A stretch of 64,000 nt of DNA. Origin: Hormiphora californensis. Taxonomy: Eukaryota > Animalia > Ctenophora. The position numbers and the translations under genes are program-made. The notes beneath the pieces were generated by a model. It was not told the origin of the DNA, did no database searches, and saw only the letters and a list, made by a program, of their open reading frames with translations. The stretch covers positions 6,324,001 through 6,388,000 of the forward strand of contig CM035353.1 of the NCBI GenBank assembly GCA_020137815.1. Direction: 5' to 3'. The first letter of the stretch is position 1; every line of letters begins with the position of its first letter. Below, in pieces: positions 32,669-64,000 of this stretch.

Positions 32669-35600
32669 GAGAGGAAGAGAGAACGAAGGGGGAGCTTAGA
32701 TAGAGGGAGTCGGGAGAGAGAGAGTGAGAGTGAGAGAACCATGACCAATGAGCCATCTCCAAGTGCAGCTTATTTAGGGCTCCTGCCCTTTGCAGCCTGG
32801 AGACTGCGACTGAGAGTGACTAGACTAGGGCGCAAATATCATGATCATACACAGCACAATCGATTACCGTTAAACCTACTAATTATTACATCCTACGCTG
32901 TGGACTGTCGATTGTTAAAACTTGCATAGGCACAATTTGACACACACAACCCATATCGATTAGCTCTTAGGGGAACTGCACACGCCTCTCGACAAGTTAT
33001 ATGATGCGCCATAATCGCAAAAACAAGAACCTCCTCTCTCCCCACTATAATCATAGATCTCTCTCTCTCACTATTTGTATTGAGTGGCTAACGACTACAA
33101 TATTCCTGCATGTGATCCCATATAACAAACTGCAGAGGCCCTCCGGGGTAAAGCCTCAAATGATTATACTGTTTGGTCTCTCTCTCTCTTGACGAGCTGC
33201 TCATGGTGGTATCCCTCGATACACGAGGCCCAGACATGATAATAGCTTTGTGACGACTCTCTCTCGTCAAGAGAGAGAGAGACTAGAGGGGGAGAAAGAG
33301 AGAGTTTTCCCCACATGCACTCTCTTTGCCCTAAATTGGTCCCTCATTGCAGGAATGGAGTCAGGAGTAACGACTAGCACACCAAAAAAGGAGCCACGTG
33401 TTTCAGTGTACAAAGAGCAGCAGTTGCTATCAGATAAAATATTGGGGAGAGAAGGAGAAACAGAGAGGGAGAGAGAGGGTGGGAGGGTATACTATTATTT
33501 TTTGTTAATTAGGCAATGAACAGAAATTAAGGATACCATTGTCCCGCAATGCAAACACCACAAAATATTAGCTATTGAAGAAGCTATCAATTTCAATACC
33601 GATTGCTAGCTGATCACTTGGCCTTTAATTGGGTGGCCTAATTGACCAGTCGGCTACCCCATGATGGTTAATTAGGGAGAGTAGCGGTGGTGGGGTGTGT
33701 ACCAATCTGTCAGCCACAACAACACTGACCCACCCCATCGCAAGTAATTGAGTTCTTTCCAGACCACAAGCTATGAAAGAACTGTCAATGTGTCCCTGAT
33801 ATGGTAGATCTGCGGTCAATTGACGGGGGAGAATCATGTTATAAGCTGTGATTGGATTAGTTTTATATCGTGTAGAAGGTAGATACCCTTACTTTATCGG
33901 TGCTGGAAAACTTGTAAAATCAAAAGAATATTAGGAATTATTGATCCAGTCTCAATATCATAGCGCTCACATGAGCGCGGTGCACCGTGGAGAGAGAGAG
34001 ACAGAGAGAGAACCTAGTTAGATGATCGTGGTTGTGTGGTGTGTGTATGAGATATGGTGTGTCCATGAATGCCTGACGCAAGGAAATATCATATTGTCTG
34101 CCGGAAACAATATGCAAAGAAAGCAATCAGGAATGAACCCAGTAATCACATGATCTGTACCTGAGAGAGAGAATGAGATGAAGGTCACATCATCAACCCT
34201 ATCGAGAGAGTATCGAGCAGAGAATGAACAATGTACCAACAATGAACAGTGTTCATTGAACACCTTCCAATCTCACCCCCCCCCCCCCCCCCGTTACATA
34301 TAGCTTCCCTAGTCTCTCTCCATGGAGAACGGATATTAGAAAACAATATATATATCCGCAGCCCTGAAGGTTTAGAATAGATCAAGCAACTGTGCTCATT
34401 TGATCAGGTTGTTGTTCTATCAGCCATGTGGTCGGTTGTTTTGATGCCCCCAGGGGAGAAGACAATTACAGAAATTGATAAGAAAGGCACAATGTATCAA
34501 CTATTGGAAAGATTTAATCAAAGGGCAAAACAACATCATCCCTCGAAAGGAATGTTTTCATATCAGCCCCTTTCTTACCTTAAATTTTACCTTGATATGA
34601 ACAAAAAGCAGAACCTCCAGCTAAGACACTCGATATAAGAGATCAGCTGGGACTAATTAAGTTGATTGCAATTCAGCTTGTCCCCGCTATATAGCTGTTC
34701 AATATAATATGGCTGAGAAGGGGGGGGGATGAGAATAAACATGTGTATTTGTCAACAATTAATCCCCCAATGTTCCGTTCTACATAATAGATTGCTGGGC
34801 TGAAAGAAAGCGGGCCACATAGGGGCTGCATTCATGCTGTCAGTGGTGGCCTTCAACTATCGTATTTATTGGACTTAGACTCGATAAGTTAGAGAATAAA
34901 ATCGGGTAACAATTTAATCAGGCTATGGACTAGAAATGTCATTGTCATAATAATCTTTCGATGAATGCAGCTGTTAACAAAATATCTACATTTTAAAACA
35001 ACAAAAAATGATGTTGAAAATTAACGAAGGCTAATTTCCCTGATGTCAGATCAATTGATATTCTATATCGTATCTGGACAACTAAAATCTGACAAGCACA
35101 CATTCCCCTGACACGCACGTCTGCAGTACTACAATTGGGAGATGTGCTTGTTAACTGTTAACCTATTACAACACGCCACACCAATCATGATAATAACACG
35201 ATAAACATCGAATATGTCATCCAAAGTCTAAACATCGAATATCTGACATACTTTCTGAGTCTAAAAGATCAAAATATGTAGGGTCTTAACGGGCCGAATG
35301 GACAGATTACGTAGCATGGCAAATATGTAGGGTCGTGAGGGCACGAGTCACATCTTTTTAGGTAGCTTATATCAATATGAGTAGAGATTCCTTCTGAGTA
35401 GCCGGGGGATTTGAGATCAGTAGTGAGCTTGGTGCTCTTTGGTGGCCATCATGTTAGTTACAGTTAGTTATGCTGAAATATCTGCGTTTAAAATCACGAC
35501 TTTCTATCTCTCCCCTCCCTCTCCTTACTCACTCTCTGTTCATCTCAAGCTAGCTGCCTGCTGCAAGTATGTTACATTTATACTTCTCAATTCTCAAAGG

Positions 35601-36480
35601 GCTGGTTTGTAGCTTCGTGCGTTTAAAAAGTAAACAAAAAATGCATCAGAATTCAGAGATCAAAGAATGGCCGGACACCGGGCAGTTTGTATTGCACTGC
35701 AGGCGTATCTGTCATATGATTATAAGCATAATGATAAGGGTATCTCGATCCCTCTTTCTCTCCCTCTCTCTCTCCCTCTCCCTCTCTCCCTCTCTCTCTC
35801 AGTCTCTGTCTCTGTTTCTCTGATTCCCGCGCTGCATTTTCTCAAGCAGATAAGGGCTGATACTAGCCGTAATGAACAGATGACCCCTGGAGCATACTTG
35901 GTGTAATGATCTGGTCATCGTGCACACAGAGAGAATGGAGTAATGAACAAATATATTTGTTCGTATATCTTCACAAACTTCACTTGAATTCTAGAAATCT
36001 TAAAAAACAGATTCCAATCCCTGACCCCCTACCCCCCCCCCCCCCCCCGCCCATAAATTTTGAATTATCGCTGCTAATATACTACTAGCAGTTAGTTTCC
36101 TAACACCCGGTGTTAGAATGCATCAGACATCACAACTCATACACACCAGACAAAGGCTGCATCCCAGGAGGAAGAGAGTTATATCTGGCTAATTGATTGT
36201 GAATTAAGCTTAACTTGATTATCGGGTGAATATCGATTGAGAATGCTAAGGGTTGTATTAATTCACTTCCCCTTCCTCTCTTCTGATAGCATGGTTATTT
36301 ATCACATTTGACATCACAATTAATCCTCACAATTATCCTCAATGAAAAAACATAATAAATTTCAGACCTCGATTTACCGGATGGGTAAATTTGATTCACC
36401 GACAGTTTCAATTTTCTGATTCCTTGTGTTCACTGTCCAGTTAAAATTAATCAAGGGCCACATTGGGGGGAAGAGAGTTG

Positions 36481-36524
<44 letters not shown>

Positions 36525-36599
36525 CCAGGGAGAGAGACTCAGAGTCAGAGTCAGAGAGGGAGAAAGAGAGAGACTCAGAGAGGGTCAGGGACTCCCTGG

Positions 36600-36680
<81 letters not shown>

Positions 36681-37214
36681 GACTCAGGGAGGGCATACAC
36701 CTTTTCCTGGATATAGATAGAAATTCTTGTAGGGAGTCCCTTTCTATCCATTCTATTTTAATGGAATTGGATAGAAAGAGACTCCCTACAAGTACAATTC
36801 AAGATGTAAATTATTCATTTCTACCAGTTCCCGGGCCGCAGGCCTTTCAATTCCGCGGCCCACAAACTCTTGTTCCAAGGAGCCCCTCCACTTTCTACTG
36901 ATTAACCGAACCTATTTCCTATCAGATGTTTCAGTTTGTTATCAAAGCAAATAATGGAACTTGGGACGGACGCGGATCAGTTGAATTTTGCCGAGCACGG
37001 AAACAGTGTCAAGCGACTCAACGGATCACTGGATCAGTAGATATAGGATGACAGGTTTCTGAGAGTGAGTCTGGGGGCCGGCACATTTAGTGCTAGTACT
37101 ATGCCACGATTTAGGATTCGGGTTAGTGGACTAGGATCATGCAGTGTCTTGGGCACGTCGCGCCCCTCATGTTCGCGCGCCCGTAGGGCGATCCTCTCAC
37201 AGTGTCGAGTGGTA

Positions 37215-38161
37215 TAGTAGAGTCGATAAGAACACTCACCTCCTCCGATTTCAGTAAAACTTCTCACATGCTAAAATATGATAATGGAGGTACAAATACC
37301 GCTTATTTTAGGTCCAAAAAGTTTTTGGTTCGTTAATTATCGCTAATTGAAAAACGCCAAAAATGGGCTAAAATGGCCCTTAAGGTGGATTTGAAATTTT
37401 GGAGTTGGAACTCCAGACTTCGTACAGGTGTCCGCTAGGATGCCAATATGCACCACAGGCGGGCTCAGGCCTAAATTCGTCCGAATTTTTGCGTAAGACC
37501 GGATGGCGTAAATCTTGGTCACGTGACCTCGGCTAACTTCTGAACCGCTCAAGTAAGGGATGTTTATAACCTGCTTAATCGATGCAGAATATGATGAAAA
37601 TGACACGTTTTGACATCATTTTTCATCCCAGACGCACAGGAAAGACACAAATCGCCTTACAAAATTGACGCCATCTAGTCTCCCGCTCTTTTTTTGCAAA
37701 ACTCTAACTTCTGAACCGTTGAAGTAAGGGAGGTTCATAGCCTGCTTAATCGATGCAGAAAGAAAAATAAATGAGAGGAAATGGCCTTATTTTTCATCTC
37801 CGGCGTGCAGGAAAGGCACAAATAGCAAAAAACTGATTTTTTGCCCAAATCACGTGACCAAAATTCACGCCATCCGGCCTTACGCAAAAATTCGGACGAA
37901 TTTAGGCCTGAGCCCGCCTGTGGTGCATATTGGCATCCTAGCGGACACCTGTACGAAGTCTGGAGTTCCAACTCCAAAATTTCAAATCCACCTTAAGGGC
38001 CATTTTAGCCCATTTTTGGCGTTTTTCAATTAGCGATAATTAACGAACCAAAAGTTTTTCGGACCTAAAATAAGCGGTATTTGTACCTCCATTATCATAT
38101 GTTAGCATGTGAGAAGTTTCACTGAAATCGGAGGAGGTGAGTGTTCTTATCGACTCTACTA
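37215..38161. mobile_element. Non-autonomous DNA transposon with ~290-bp TIRs, TAGT...ACTA ends, GTA TSD (Academ-like)
   Basis: tagtagagtcgataag / cttatcgactctacta; GTA at 37212-37214 and 38162-38164; internal direct repeat 37533/37703; absent from the duplicate copy near 40945. Confidence 0.85.
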
Positions 38162-38965
38162 GTACTAAAAACCCAGGACGGGGAACGGGAGCCTCGTGAA
38201 ACCCACCCCTTACTGGCTAACGTGCTTCGCACTAGCCAGCGTCCTCATAGAAAAAGAAGAAGAAGAAGGTACTAAAAATAAAAGAAAGAAGCTTTCAATT
38301 CCGGAACGCTGTGTTTTTTCGCCTTCAGACAGTGGAATTGGATGAAATTTAAGACTCATTGCTAAAAGAATATTATAATGATCATTGTGTGTTAGATTTT
38401 GTCATGATGTTAAGTGTTTTTAAGAAAACTTTCGAGTGTACAATTGTTGTGACTGGAACGCGCGAAATATAGCATAATTTGTTGTGCTGCGTCACAAATG
38501 AAGCAGTCGCGCGCATTAAAAAATATGTGCCAGAAAATGAAAAATCCTGTGTTCAGTTTTCAAAAAAGACGTTCGCGTTTTTCAAAAAACTAAAAAGTTT
38601 TTTATGCAGAGTGCAGACGCCAGACTGCAGTCTCTTTTAGTTAGGTGGTTAGTTTGTACGTGTTGTAGAGGGGCCTAAAGTGTATGCCAAAGCACCCTCG
38701 GTTGTTGGAACTCAGAAATATCCAGGTCTGCAGGACGTGGCCTGTTTTGATCCCGAGCGATTCGAAGTAGGCTTCACCGCTTTTGAAAGCCGTTAGTTTA
38801 GTCTGTGTGTATTCTAGCATATGTAAGTACTTCTCAGACAGTGAAGGCTATAAAACGGAATAATAAGTATTTTTTTGATATGATGATGGTGACTAATCAC
38901 AGTACAGAGCACAGCTGTGACAACAGACAGCTCAACTGCCGGGCTACCGATCTGCTTTTGAGCTG

Positions 38966-41703
38966 CGCCAACAAAACCAATTAAAAATTTGAATTAACCC
39001 AAAAATTTTTTTTAAAAACAATCGGAAAAATTTTAATCAACATTCAACCGAAAAACTAAAACAAAAAAAACTTTCTAAAGTAAAAACCTAAAATTTTTTT
39101 TCAAAAAGTAGGGTCTTTAACGGCCGAATGGCAGATTCGTAGCATGGCAAATTTGGGTTGGGGGCACATCACTTTTTTTAGGTATTTAAAAATATGAGTG
39201 AGATTTTCTGAGTACCGGGGGGGATTTGAGATCGTAGTGAGTTTGGTGTCTTGGGGGCCATATTTTTTAAGTTCAGTTAGTTATGCTGAAATTTTGCTTT
39301 TTTAAAATCAGACTTTCTTCTCCCCCCCCCCCCCCTTTTCCCCCCTTACATCACCTCCTGTCTCTAAAGCAAGCTGCAAGTTGTAATTTATTTTCTCTTC
39401 TAAAAGGGCGGGTTGTAGTTCGCTTTTAAAAAAGAAACAAAAAATGCATCAAAATTTCAGAGATAAAAGAATGGCCGGACCCCGGAAAAATTTGTAGCTG
39501 CAGGGTACTGTATATTATAAGAAAATAAAAGGGGACTCGATCCCTTTTTCTCTCCCCTCTCTCCCCCTTTCCCCCTTCTTCCTCTCCTTCTCTCAGTTTC
39601 TCTGCTTTCCGCCTGCATTCTCAAGCAGAAAAGGGCTGATACTACCCGAATAAACAATCCCCCCTGGACTATTTGGGTGTAATGATTGGTCCGTCCGGGA
39701 AAAGGAAAAAGGAGTAATGAAAAAATATTTTGTCGTATATCTTCACAAACTTATTGAATTCTAAAATTTAAAAAAACATTCCATCCTGCCCCCTCCCCCC
39801 CCCCCCCCCCCCCCCCCCCCCAAAAAATTTTGAATTATCCCGCTAATATACAACTACAGTATTTTCCTAACACCCGGTGTTAGAAGCACCCAACACAAAC
39901 TCATACACCCAGACAAAGGCGCATCCCAGGGGGAAAAGAGAGTTTATTGGTAATTTGATTGTGAATTAATTTAAACTTTTAGGGGGTAAAATCGTTTGAA
40001 AAATGCTGGGGTTGTATTAATTCATTTCCCCCTTCCTTCTTCGAAAAAAAAGGGGTTTTTTATAATTTGACTCAAAATTATCTCAAAAAAAAAAATAAAA
40101 ATTTCAAACCTCGATTTACCGGATGGGAAAAATTGGGGCCCCACCACAGTTTCAATTTTTCGGTTCCTTGTGTTCCTGTCCAGTTAAAAAATCAAGGGCC
40201 CCACAAATTGGGGGGGAAGAGAGTTGGAAAGAGAGAAGAAAGAGAGGGGAGAGAGAGGGGAGAGGCCAGGGAAAAGGGGACTCAGAGTCGGTAGAGGGGG
40301 GAGAAAGAGAGGGATCAAGAGGGTGGGACCCCCGGGGCCCCCCCTCTCTTTTCTCTTCCTCTCTTTTCCTTTTCCCTCTCTCTCTCTCTCTCCTCTCTCC
40401 TCTTCTCCCTGACTCAGGGAGGGATTTACACCTTTTCCTGGATTTTTAGATAGAAAAATTCTTGTAGGGAGTCCCTTTTTTTTATCCATTCTATTTTTAA
40501 TGGAATTGGTTTTGGGGAAAAAGAAAAAATTTCCCCCTACAAAGTACAATTCAAGATTTTTAAATTATTTTCATTTCTTTACCAGTTCCCGGGCCGCAGG
40601 CCCTTTCAATTCCGCGACCCACAAAAATTCTTTGTTTTCCAAGGAGCCCCTCCCTTTCTTGGATCCCCCGAACCTTTTTCCTATCAGAGTTCAGTTTGTT
40701 ATCAAAAAAAAATAAATTGGGGAGGAAAGGGTTATTTGAATTGGCGGCAGGAAAACATGAAAAAACCCAAACCCATCACTGACAGTAGGTTGGGGGATGA
40801 CTTTTCTGAGGGGAAAAGGTCGGGGGCCGGCACATTATCAATTTTAAACCCCCTTAGGATTTTAGGGGCTAGGATAGCCTTTTTTTTTGGGGCACGTGCC
40901 CCACATTTGCGGGGTTTTATATAGGGGGATTCTACGGTTCAAGGGTACTAAAACCAGGGGGGGAACGGGAGTCGTTAAACCCCCCCTTACTGGCTAACGT
41001 GTTTTCCCCAGCCAGGCCCCTTAAAAAAAGAAAAGAAAGGGACTAAAAATAAAAGAAAGAAGCTTTCAAATTCCCGGGAAAGCGGTTTTTTTTTGCCTTC
41101 AGACGGGAATTGGTGAAATTTAAGACTCATTGCTAAAAGAATTTATAAGATCATTGTGTTTAAATTTTTCTATGTTAAATTTTTTTAAAAAAAAAACTTT
41201 CGGTGTTTCCATTGTTGTGATGGAACGCGCGAAAATAGATAATTTTTTGGCTCGTCACAAATGAAGCAGTCGCGCCATTAAAAAATATGGGCCCGAAAAA
41301 AAAGAAAAATCCGTGTTCATTTTCAAAAAAGGGGGTTCGCGTTTTTCAAAAAAAATAAAAAGTTTTTTATGCAGAGTGCGACGCCAGAGCGTTTTTTTGT
41401 TAGGGGGTTTTTTGTACGTGTTTAGAGGGGCCTAAAAATGTATGCCAAAGCCCTCGGGTTTTTTGGAACCAAAATCCAGGGCGCAGGGGTGGCCGTTTGA
41501 TCCCGAGCGATTCGAAGTAGGTTCACGCTTTTTAAAGCCGTTAGTTTTGTCTGTGGTATTTTTGCATTTAGTCTTCTCAACATGAAAGGGTTAAAACGGA
41601 ATAATAAGTATTTTTTTTTATATTGATGGTGACTAATCACAGTACAGAGCACAGCTGTGACAAAAAGACCTCAACTGCGGCTCAAGACGTGCTTCTTGAG
41701 CTG
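38966..41703 (+). other. Error-rich tandem duplicate of 35174-38965 (uncollapsed haplotype or unpolished read)
   Basis: Collinear with 35174-38965 but with homopolymer expansions and deletions, and without the 37215-38161 insertion. Confidence 0.85.
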
Positions 41704-43078
41704 TCAAAACTCAAAACAGGTTTTATGGAGTAGACCCCAACTGATAGATACTAAGTCCTTTCTTTTCATTACTTTGGTGTGCCCCAAAGTGGTTCATTTC
41801 CCCCCCCCCCTTGAAAAAAAACTTAATTTTCTTGGGCTTTCCCCCTGGGAAAGTTGAAAATTCCCGGCAGAAAGTTGAAATTTCGGGAGAGATTTGTGAT
41901 TTGGGGGGGAGACTGTTTTATTCAAACTCAGTAAATACACCTACAGTGATAAAGGGAGTAGGTACGTAGTACACTGTATAATATTAGGTACTGAGTTTGA
42001 ATAAAACATGTCTCCTCAGAAAAGAATTTTATTAAGATTTAAACGTACTCGAGCTTAAACCCCGCCTTACGGCTAAAATAAATTAGAGGGGAGGGGGAGA
42101 AGTTGCGATTTCCAAACGGCGAATGTTCATAATTCGGTGGGTCATCGAATTATGATCATTCTAGTCATGCTATTTAAACTATCGTTGAATTAAAAAAAGA
42201 TTTTATAACCTTTTTTTTTTGTTTTAAAAACATTTAAATAGGATTCCCCCCCAATCAAAAATAGGATATAAATTTGGCATGGTTTAAAACGGGGGCATCA
42301 AAATGAATAGTTGTTTATTTTTTTTATACCCAAAGGGGCAAGAAAAATTTTAACGGTTATTTTTTTTAAACAATATGTTTCAAATCCATTTGAAAAATTG
42401 GTGGTATAAAGGTTTTTCTTAAAACCCCATTTGTTTTGATCATCCCGCATGTGGCCCATAAAATGGTGGCTTTTAAAAAGGGGCAAAACATGAAAAAAAG
42501 GGAATTTTTAAAATTTTTTCATTGAAACCCTTTGAGGTGTGTTGTTTAAAGTGGGGGGGCCCGGGGGAAAAGGAAAAAAGGAAAGGGGAAAAGGGGGAAA
42601 GGGGGAGGGGAGGGGGGGAAGAGGAAAAAGGGAGGGGGGGAAGGAAGGGGAAGAGGGAGTGAGGGGAGAAAAAGGGGGGGGAAAAGAGGGGGGGAGGAGG
42701 GAGGGGGAGGGGGAGGGGGAAAGAGGGGGGAGGGGAGGAGGGGAGGGGAGGGGGGAGGGGTGAGGGGAAGGGGGGAAGAAAGAAGGACGGAGGTAGATGG
42801 GAGAATGAAGGAGAAAATGAATGAGAGACAAGGAAAAATGGGGGAAAACAGGGGACTAAAGGGAAAGGGAAAGGGAACAGGGGGACGAAGGGGGAAGGAG
42901 AGAGAAAGGAGAGGTATAGAGTAAATTTAAAACCAAATGAATTTGTTTACCCAGTGATTAATTGGTGTCCGTTAGTATAAAAAGAGTTAGCGATCACTCA
43001 CTGTTTTGGGGGTTTTTGAGTCCTTTAATTTTTTAAATGGGGGATAGACTATTATAGAGGAACAGACTACAGAGAGGG

Positions 43079-43118
<40 letters not shown>

Positions 43119-43514
43119 GGGGGGAGTTGGTCCACCTGCCACCACCTCCAATCGGTTTCCCCCGGGCAACGGGGTCACACGGAGTACCTTTTTCCCCATC
43201 CCCTTTTCCCCCTGTTCGATTTCCAGGTCCGTGTGGCCGCGGCTGAGCGTGGCTGTGTATCAGAAATACGGAAAAAAAATCAGAAAATACAAAATACAAA
43301 AACATCTTGGCAAGGCGGCCCACAGTGTATTATCGCCAACTATTATGTTCCTACCCCGCCTTCTCCGGCTCAGGGTTACCAATGGAACAGGCATCTTCCA
43401 GCCAACTGTGGACCCCCAACGCCCCTTTATCCGCTAACCAATACTGTTTTTGTTCTACTGCCCCCTAACCCACTTCTTCCATTTTTGATAGGGTTCTACA
43501 TCGGAGATGATTAT

Positions 43515-44280
43515 TTGGAACGGGGTGGCTGTCCTCTCTGGAGCGGGGTCAGCTGTCTTTACTGGAACGGGGTCAGCTGTCCTTGCTGGGGCGGGGTCAG
43601 CCGTCCTCTCTGGAGCGGGGTGGCTGTCCTCTCTGGAACGGGGTCAGCTGTCTTTACTGGAGCGGGGCCAGCTGTCTTTACTGGAGCGGGGTCAGCTGTC
43701 CTTACTGGAACGGGGTCAGCTGTCTTCTCTGGAACGGGGTCAGCTGTCTTCTCTGGAACGGGGTGGCTGTCTTCTCTGGAGCGGGGCCAGCTGTCTTTAC
43801 TGGAACGGGGTCAGCTGTCTTCTCTGGAACGGGGTCAGCTGTCTTCTCTGGAACGGGGTGGCTGTCTTCTCTGGAACGGGGCCAGCTGTCTTTACTGGAA
43901 CGGGGTCAGCTGTCCTTACTGGAACGGGGTCAGCTGTCCTCTCTGGAACGGGGTGGCTGTCCTCTCTGGAACGGGGCCAGCTGTCTTTACTGGAACGGGG
44001 TCAGCTGTCTTTACTGGAGCGGGGTCAGCTGTCCTTACTGGAGCGGGGTCAGCTGTCTTCTCTGGAACGGGGTGGCTGTCTTCTCTGGGACGGGGTCAGC
44101 TGGCTTCTCTGGAACGGGGTCAGCTGGCTTCTCTGGAACGGGGTCAGCTGGCTTTTCTGGAACGGGGTCAGCTGGCTTCTCTGGAACGGGGTCAGCTGGC
44201 TTCTCTGGAACGGGGTCGGCTGTCTTCTCTGGAACGGGGTCAGCTGGCTTCTCTGGAGCGGGCTGGCTGTCCTCTCTGGC
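43515..44280. repeat. 24/23-bp minisatellite (~32 copies) within a degenerate minus-strand element
   Basis: Unit ctggaacggggtcagctgtcttct with a 23-bp variant; minus strand reads PEKTADPV/PEKPADPV; neighbouring frames contain stops. Confidence 0.9.
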
Positions 44281-45271
44281 TCGACATGTAATCATCATCC
44301 ATTTGTGTTATTTTTTTTTCGCTCGAACCCGTTCCTGCTTGTTTTAGACTGCCTTAGATTCAGACGGTTTGCTCCTTCAGTTCCTGATAAGTTGTCTCTT
44401 CTTAGAATTCATTGTAGCAGATTGGGCTTCTTTGCAGATAGTTTAGGAGGTCTTGTGCTCCGTCACCATGAGCTTTAATCCCACTTTACTTCCCCCTTTT
44501 TAAAATCATCCCCTTTCCTTACCCCATATGTACATTGTTTAAATTTACCCGTATGTACATTGTTCTACCTACCCTACCTTTACTCCGCGGGCCCCCGGGC
44601 CTAGATCAAAAGGTCCGGGGGGCCCGGGGGGTTTAAACCCTGCTTCGCAGGGGGCCCACGGGCCCCATGTGGGGGTGGTGGGTAGTGGACGAAGAGAGAA
44701 AACCACCAGATGCGAATTCTTTGTAAAAGTAAAAACATGAACAACAAAAACTGTAACGACAAATTTGCCCTAAAAATAAAAAAAATACTTTTACGCCCCC
44801 TTTTCCCCAAAATAAATAGATTGTTGGGGAAAAATGTAGTTGTAACTACGCAGTAACAAAAGGTTTTTTAGCAGGATTTCTTGTTTTTGAAGACAAAACA
44901 AACAAACACACACACCCCAAAAAACAAAAACAAACACCACCGCACCCCCTGAAGATAAAATAACAACCACATTACTTTTGTGTGTGATCACGTCCGGGCT
45001 AGAACAAAAGGGCGGTTTTAAAAAATACCCAGTGCAAGGGAGAGAGAGAGGGCGGGGGGGGAGGGGGAAAAGGGGGGAGAGAGAGAGAGGAGGAGAGGAG
45101 AGGGAGGGAAGGAAAAAGGGGGGAGGACGAGAGGGCCCGGAAAAGAGGGGGAGGGGAACCCCTTTTTCTCCTCTCTCCTCCCCTCCCTTTTCCCCCCTTT
45201 CTCTCTCCTTCTCTTCCTCTCTCTCTTTTTCCCTCGCTCTCTCCCCTTTCACAAGGATTTTTCCCTTCCCC

Positions 45272-64000
<18,729 letters not shown>

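Noticed and set aside
43275-43330. KIRKYKIQKHLGKAAHS as the BRSK subdomain I exon
   Set aside because: GxGxxG is not preserved, the donor is weak, and the sequence is better explained as the AAATAC-type tail of a minus-strand repeat.
43233-44478. Long 250-350 aa plus-strand ORFs
   Set aside because: Open only because the 24-bp repeat lacks stops; the peptide cycles through all three frames.

Overview
Animal (eukaryotic) genomic DNA, probably a ctenophore. That assignment is an inference from the intronless LDLa-repeat GPCR, the nested-gene layout and the dense GA/CT microsatellites. Two spliced genes point away from each other. On the minus strand is the 5' part of a Dachsous-like cadherin (ATG at 8763, 14 exons, signal peptide plus about 7 EC repeats, continuing past the left edge). 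On the plus strand is a BRSK/SAD kinase (exons from ~45272 to a TGA at 63998-64000; the G-loop exon was not found). A BRSK intron contains an antisense, intronless 7TM receptor with LDLa repeats and no LRRs (48098-51553), interrupted by one in-frame TAA. Seven intact tRNA genes lie in introns (3 Phe-GAA, 2 Glu-TTC, 2 Arg-CCT); five share an ATTG-core motif starting at exactly -19. The ~36 kb between the genes holds non-autonomous elements: long foldbacks with TAGT or CAC ends, TA-TSD MITEs, a canonical Helitron, HINE-like elements, and an insert with a 112-bp duplication, plus mini- and microsatellites. The most distinctive pattern is tandem repeats repeatedly nucleated on splice signals, including a ~57-copy satellite whose unit reads branchpoint + pyrimidine tract + YAG|GT. 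About 38966-45280 is largely low-accuracy sequence and includes a second, error-laden haplotype-like copy of 35174-38965. All exon coordinates were read by eye.
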